Source of the DNA: Deltaproteobacteria bacterium
GTDB taxonomy: Bacteria > Desulfobacterota_D > UBA1144 > Nemesobacterales > JAJCZQ01
Direction: 5' to 3'
Assembly (NCBI GenBank): GCA_029262335.1
Contig: JAJCZQ010000049.1
Span: 13,731-77,730, forward strand
DNA length: 64,000 nt
Below, in pieces: positions 61,118 through 64,000 of this stretch; the stretch's first letter is position 1; each line of letters opens with the position of its first letter. The notes under the pieces were generated by a model. It did no database searches. It saw only the letters and a program-made list of their open reading frames with translations, and was not told the DNA's origin. Both the position numbers and the translations under genes were made by a program.

Positions 61118-62532
61118 TGGCTATAAAAACACAGTTAGTAGTAATCGGAGCAGGGCCGGGTGGTTACCCGGCAGCATTCAGGGCAGCAGACCTCGGGCTT
61201 GAAGTAACAATGATAGACCATGAGAAAAACCCGGGTGGTGTCTGTTTGTACCGTGGTTGTATTCCCTCAAAAGCACTTCTTCATGTTGCAAACATAATAA
61301 ATGAATCAGAACATGCAAAAGAACTGGGTATTACCTACACAAAGCCCAAAGTGGATATAAAAAGAGTCGCAGAATGGAAAAATGAAGTTGTTACAAAGCT
61401 TACAGGTGGTGCAGGGTTCCTTGCAAAACAAAGAAAGGTCAACTACATCCAGGGAAATGCTGTATTTACTGATTCCAATACACTTAAAGTTACAAAAGAA
61501 GACGGTTCAGAGGAAACGGTTTCTTTCGAGAACTGTGTTATTGCCACAGGTTCGAGGCCGACTGATATTCCGGGCATTGAAGTAGACAACAAAAAAATAT
61601 TAAATTCAAAGGGAGCACTTGATCTTGAAAGTATTCCAAAGGAATTCCTGGTCATAGGCGGAGGATATATTGGCCTTGAGATGGGCTCAGTGTATGCAGC
61701 ACTTGGTTCTAATGTAACAGTTGTTGAGATGATGGACTCTATACTAGCAACAGTCGACAAGGATTTTTCAAAAATACTTCATAAAAAACTCAGTAAAGAT
61801 TTCAAGGAAATACTGCTAAGCACAAAAGTACTCGAGGTAAAAAAGACAAAAAAAGGTGTGAATGTTAAGTTTGAAAACAGTGATGGTGCTTTTGAGCATG
61901 AATACGATAAGGTGCTTGTTTCGGTAGGAAGAAAACCAAATTCTCAAAATATAGGGCTTGAGAACACAAAGGTTGTTGTAAACAAAAGAGGGTTTATTGA
62001 AATAGACCAGCAAAGAAGGACCAATGACCCAAATATTTATGCTATAGGTGATGTTGCCGGAGACCCAATGCTGGCTCATAAAGCAACGCATGAGGGTAGG
62101 GTGGTTGCAGAAGTTGTTGCCGGGGAAGATGTTGCATATGATGCAGCAACAGTCCCGGCTGTGATATTTACTGACCCTGAAATTGCCTGGTGTGGTCTGA
62201 CTGAGGCAGAAGCTAAAGAAAAAGGTATTGATATTAAAGTAACAAAGTTTCCCTGGGGAGCATCCGGAAGGGCGATTACCCTGGACAGGACTGACGGCCT
62301 TACAAAACTTGTATTTGAAACTGAAACAGAAAGGCTGCTTGGCGTCGGGCTTGTTGGCCCTGGAGCAGGCGAATTAATATCGGAAGGAGTTCTTGCAGTA
62401 GAGATGGCTTCAAGGGCATCTGACATCTCACTTTCAATCCATCCTCATCCTACTCTTACCGAAACATTTATGGAAGCAGCTGAAATGTTCTTTGGTAATA
62501 GTACTCATGTTATACGTAGTAAGAGAAAGTAG
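61117..62532 (+). CDS. lpd: Dihydrolipoyl dehydrogenase (E3), copy 2
   Basis: IGAGPGGY, GGVCLYRGCIPSK, C-terminal HPHPTLTE. 471 aa. Start overlaps the aceF stop. Confidence 0.9.
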   Translation: MAIKTQLVVIGAGPGGYPAAFRAADLGLEVTMIDHEKNPGGVCLYRGCIPSKALLHVANIINESEHAKELGITYTKPKVDIKRVAEWKNEVVTKLTGGAGFLAKQRKVNYIQGNAVFTDSNTLKVTKEDGSEETVSFENCVIATGSRPTDIPGIEVDNKKILNSKGALDLESIPKEFLVIGGGYIGLEMGSVYAALGSNVTVVEMMDSILATVDKDFSKILHKKLSKDFKEILLSTKVLEVKKTKKGVNVKFENSDGAFEHEYDKVLVSVGRKPNSQNIGLENTKVVVNKRGFIEIDQQRRTNDPNIYAIGDVAGDPMLAHKATHEGRVVAEVVAGEDVAYDAATVPAVIFTDPEIAWCGLTEAEAKEKGIDIKVTKFPWGASGRAITLDRTDGLTKLVFETETERLLGVGLVGPGAGELISEGVLAVEMASRASDISLSIHPHPTLTETFMEAAEMFFGNSTHVIRSKRK

Positions 62533-62550
62533 TCCCAATTAAAATTTCTG

Positions 62551-62663
62551 ACCCCCATCTTAATCTTCCCCCTTAAAAGGGGAAGAAAAAAAATTTATTA
62601 TAATATAGATTGATAATTATGATCTTTCCTTCCCCCTTGACGGGGGAAGGCCAGGATGGGGGT
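62551..62663. repeat. Pair of about 35-bp GC-rich palindromic units in inverted orientation (REP/BIME-like)
   Basis: Unit A 62551-62585 is acccccatcttaatcttcccccttaaaaggggaag. Unit B 62629-62663 is cttcccccttgacgggggaaggccaggatgggggt. The reverse complement of B is nearly identical to A. Each unit contains its own cttccccc/gggggaag hairpin. Confidence 0.65.
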
Positions 62664-62754
62664 GAAAATTAATTATTATTTTCATTGGTTTCAGCATTCA
62701 ATTCTTATGTTAAAATAATAAGATTATTTTATTAGAATATTAACATAACATTCA

Positions 62755-63090
62755 ATGGAAATTCTTATTTCAATGAAAGCGGACGACATGCGCCGCACCA
62801 AGTTTAGAAACCTCCAGATGGATATGCCTGCGACTCAGACCAATGGACACTTTATTGCTGAACTAAGAGAGGCCGAAACTGACAAAGTAGAGCTACTTAA
62901 AAGATACGGTGAAATACTTTTAAAAAAACTCAACACAAAGCGTAACTACGCAATTGAATACACGGAACACGGTTTTAAACTTAAAAAACAGGTCGATTAC
63001 GAAAGAGACTATATGGAAGAGTGGGACGAATGGGTAGAGTTTTCAAGAGAACTATACGAACAGCTCGAAGAGTTTTTCCAGGAAGAGTAA
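62755..63090 (+). CDS. Hypothetical acidic protein (111 aa)
   Basis: ORF only; no recognisable domain; E/W-rich C-terminus. Confidence 0.4.
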   Translation: MEILISMKADDMRRTKFRNLQMDMPATQTNGHFIAELREAETDKVELLKRYGEILLKKLNTKRNYAIEYTEHGFKLKKQVDYERDYMEEWDEWVEFSRELYEQLEEFFQEE

Positions 63091-63170
63091 ATAATTTTCT
63101 TAATTGTAATTGAATCTATCTAAGCTATTATCTTTCTTTAATTTTTCTAAAATAAACAGGGTTTATAAAT

Positions 63171-64000
63171 ATGTCTGAAAGAGAAAAACCAAATTATAAA
63201 GATACTCTTAATCTGCCTAAAACAGATTTTGCCATGAAGGCAAATCTTACGCTGAGAGAACCGGAAATTCAAAAAAGATGGGCTAAAGAAAACCTTTATA
63301 AGCAGATAAGGGAAAAGTCAGAAGGAAATCCTAAATATGTATTTCATGACGGACCTCCCTATGCAAATGGCCCAATACATCTTGGCCACCTTCTAAACAA
63401 GGTGCTTAAAGATATTGTAGTAAGGTCTAAAACCATGGAAGGATTTGATGTGGATTTTGTTCCGGGATGGGACTGTCACGGCCTTCCGATTGAACATAAA
63501 GTACTTAAAGACCTTGGTGATGAAGCAAAAGATTACACAAGAATAAAGGTAAGAAATAAATGCCAGAGTTCTGCAGAGAAATTTGTAAAAATGCAGGCAA
63601 AGCAGATGCAGCGCCTCGGTACCACAGGCGATTATGATAATCCCTATCTTACTATGAAACCCGAATATGAAGCGGGTGTTTTAAACGTCTTTAAAGACCT
63701 TGTAGAAGCTGGACTTGTTTACAGAGACCTAAAGCCTGTACACTGGTCAATTGAAAATCAGACTGCACTGGCTGATGCTGAGCTTGAATACCATGACAAG
63801 CAGGACAAAAGTATATATGTACTTTTTGAAATAGAGAATTCATCGAATATACCTGACTCATTAAAGGCAGGTGCTGAAAACAATTTTCTAATGATCTGGA
63901 CCACAACACCGTGGACTCTTCCTGCCAACCTGGCAGTAGCTGTTTCTCCAAATGGAGACTACGGGAACTACAGATTTAAATTAGATGGAAAAGAAATAAA
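63171..64000 (+). CDS. ileS: Isoleucine--tRNA ligase, 5' portion (continues beyond window)
   Basis: PKTDFAMKANL, HDGPPYANGPIHLGH (HIGH motif), and WDCHGLPIE editing-domain entry. ORF runs off the window end, so it is not in the track. Confidence 0.9.
   Translation, partial: MSEREKPNYKDTLNLPKTDFAMKANLTLREPEIQKRWAKENLYKQIREKSEGNPKYVFHDGPPYANGPIHLGHLLNKVLKDIVVRSKTMEGFDVDFVPGWDCHGLPIEHKVLKDLGDEAKDYTRIKVRNKCQSSAEKFVKMQAKQMQRLGTTGDYDNPYLTMKPEYEAGVLNVFKDLVEAGLVYRDLKPVHWSIENQTALADAELEYHDKQDKSIYVLFEIENSSNIPDSLKAGAENNFLMIWTTTPWTLPANLAVAVSPNGDYGNYRFKLDGKEI

Noticed and set aside
63691-63951. 86-aa minus-strand ORF
   Set aside because: It lies inside the well-supported ileS reading frame.

Overview
This is an AT-rich bacterial chromosomal segment. 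I could not assign phylum confidently from the sequence alone. Gene density is high, mostly on the + strand, and dominated by core functions.

- **Gene order, start to end:**
  - an MBL-fold hydrolase 3' fragment, archaeal-type cofactor-independent phosphoglycerate mutase, and tRNA-Leu(GAG);
  - two tandem paralogous secreted acidic proteins;
  - a TPR membrane protein and an NfeD/stomatin pair;
  - a complete Opp/Dpp-type peptide ABC transporter (substrate-binding protein, two permeases, two ATPases);
  - yceD-rpmF-fabD-fabG-acpP-fabF;
  - a contiguous TCA block (acnA, icd, mdh, frd/sdhCAB, sucC);
  - a heat-shock region (rpoH-dnaK, gamma-carbonic-anhydrase-like gene, ppx/gppA, hrcA-grpE-dnaK2-dnaJ);
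  - a convergent ThrC-family gene plus a MoaD/ThiS-like sulfur-carrier gene;
  - a lipoprotein, a GloB-like hydrolase, and full-length B12-dependent metH;
  - a decayed third copy of the secreted-protein family;
  - a small periplasmic thiol-redox cluster;
  - YtoQ, a lipase-like hydrolase, a HAD hydrolase, a small EamA-like protein, and a DUF4177 ORF missing from the ORF track;
  - pyruvate carboxylase;
  - lipB-lpd on the minus strand facing the aceE-aceF-lpd operon;
  - a REP-like inverted repeat pair, a hypothetical, and the 5' part of ileS.
- **Absent:** I found no CRISPR array, transposase, integrase or recognisable defence genes.
- **Least ordinary content:**
  - a three-member lineage-specific family of secreted, highly acidic proteins sharing an unknown N-terminal module and Calx-beta-like C-terminal repeats. 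Two copies are intact and tandem behind tRNA-Leu; a frameshifted, truncated third copy lies 40 kb away; each has its own conserved promoter.
  - a ThrC-like PLP enzyme paired with a MoaD-like protein ending GG-Y, close to metH. This suggests protein-thiocarboxylate-dependent homocysteine synthesis.
  - two complete DnaK modules side by side under apparently different regulators (RpoH and HrcA).
  - several small structured or repeated noncoding elements.
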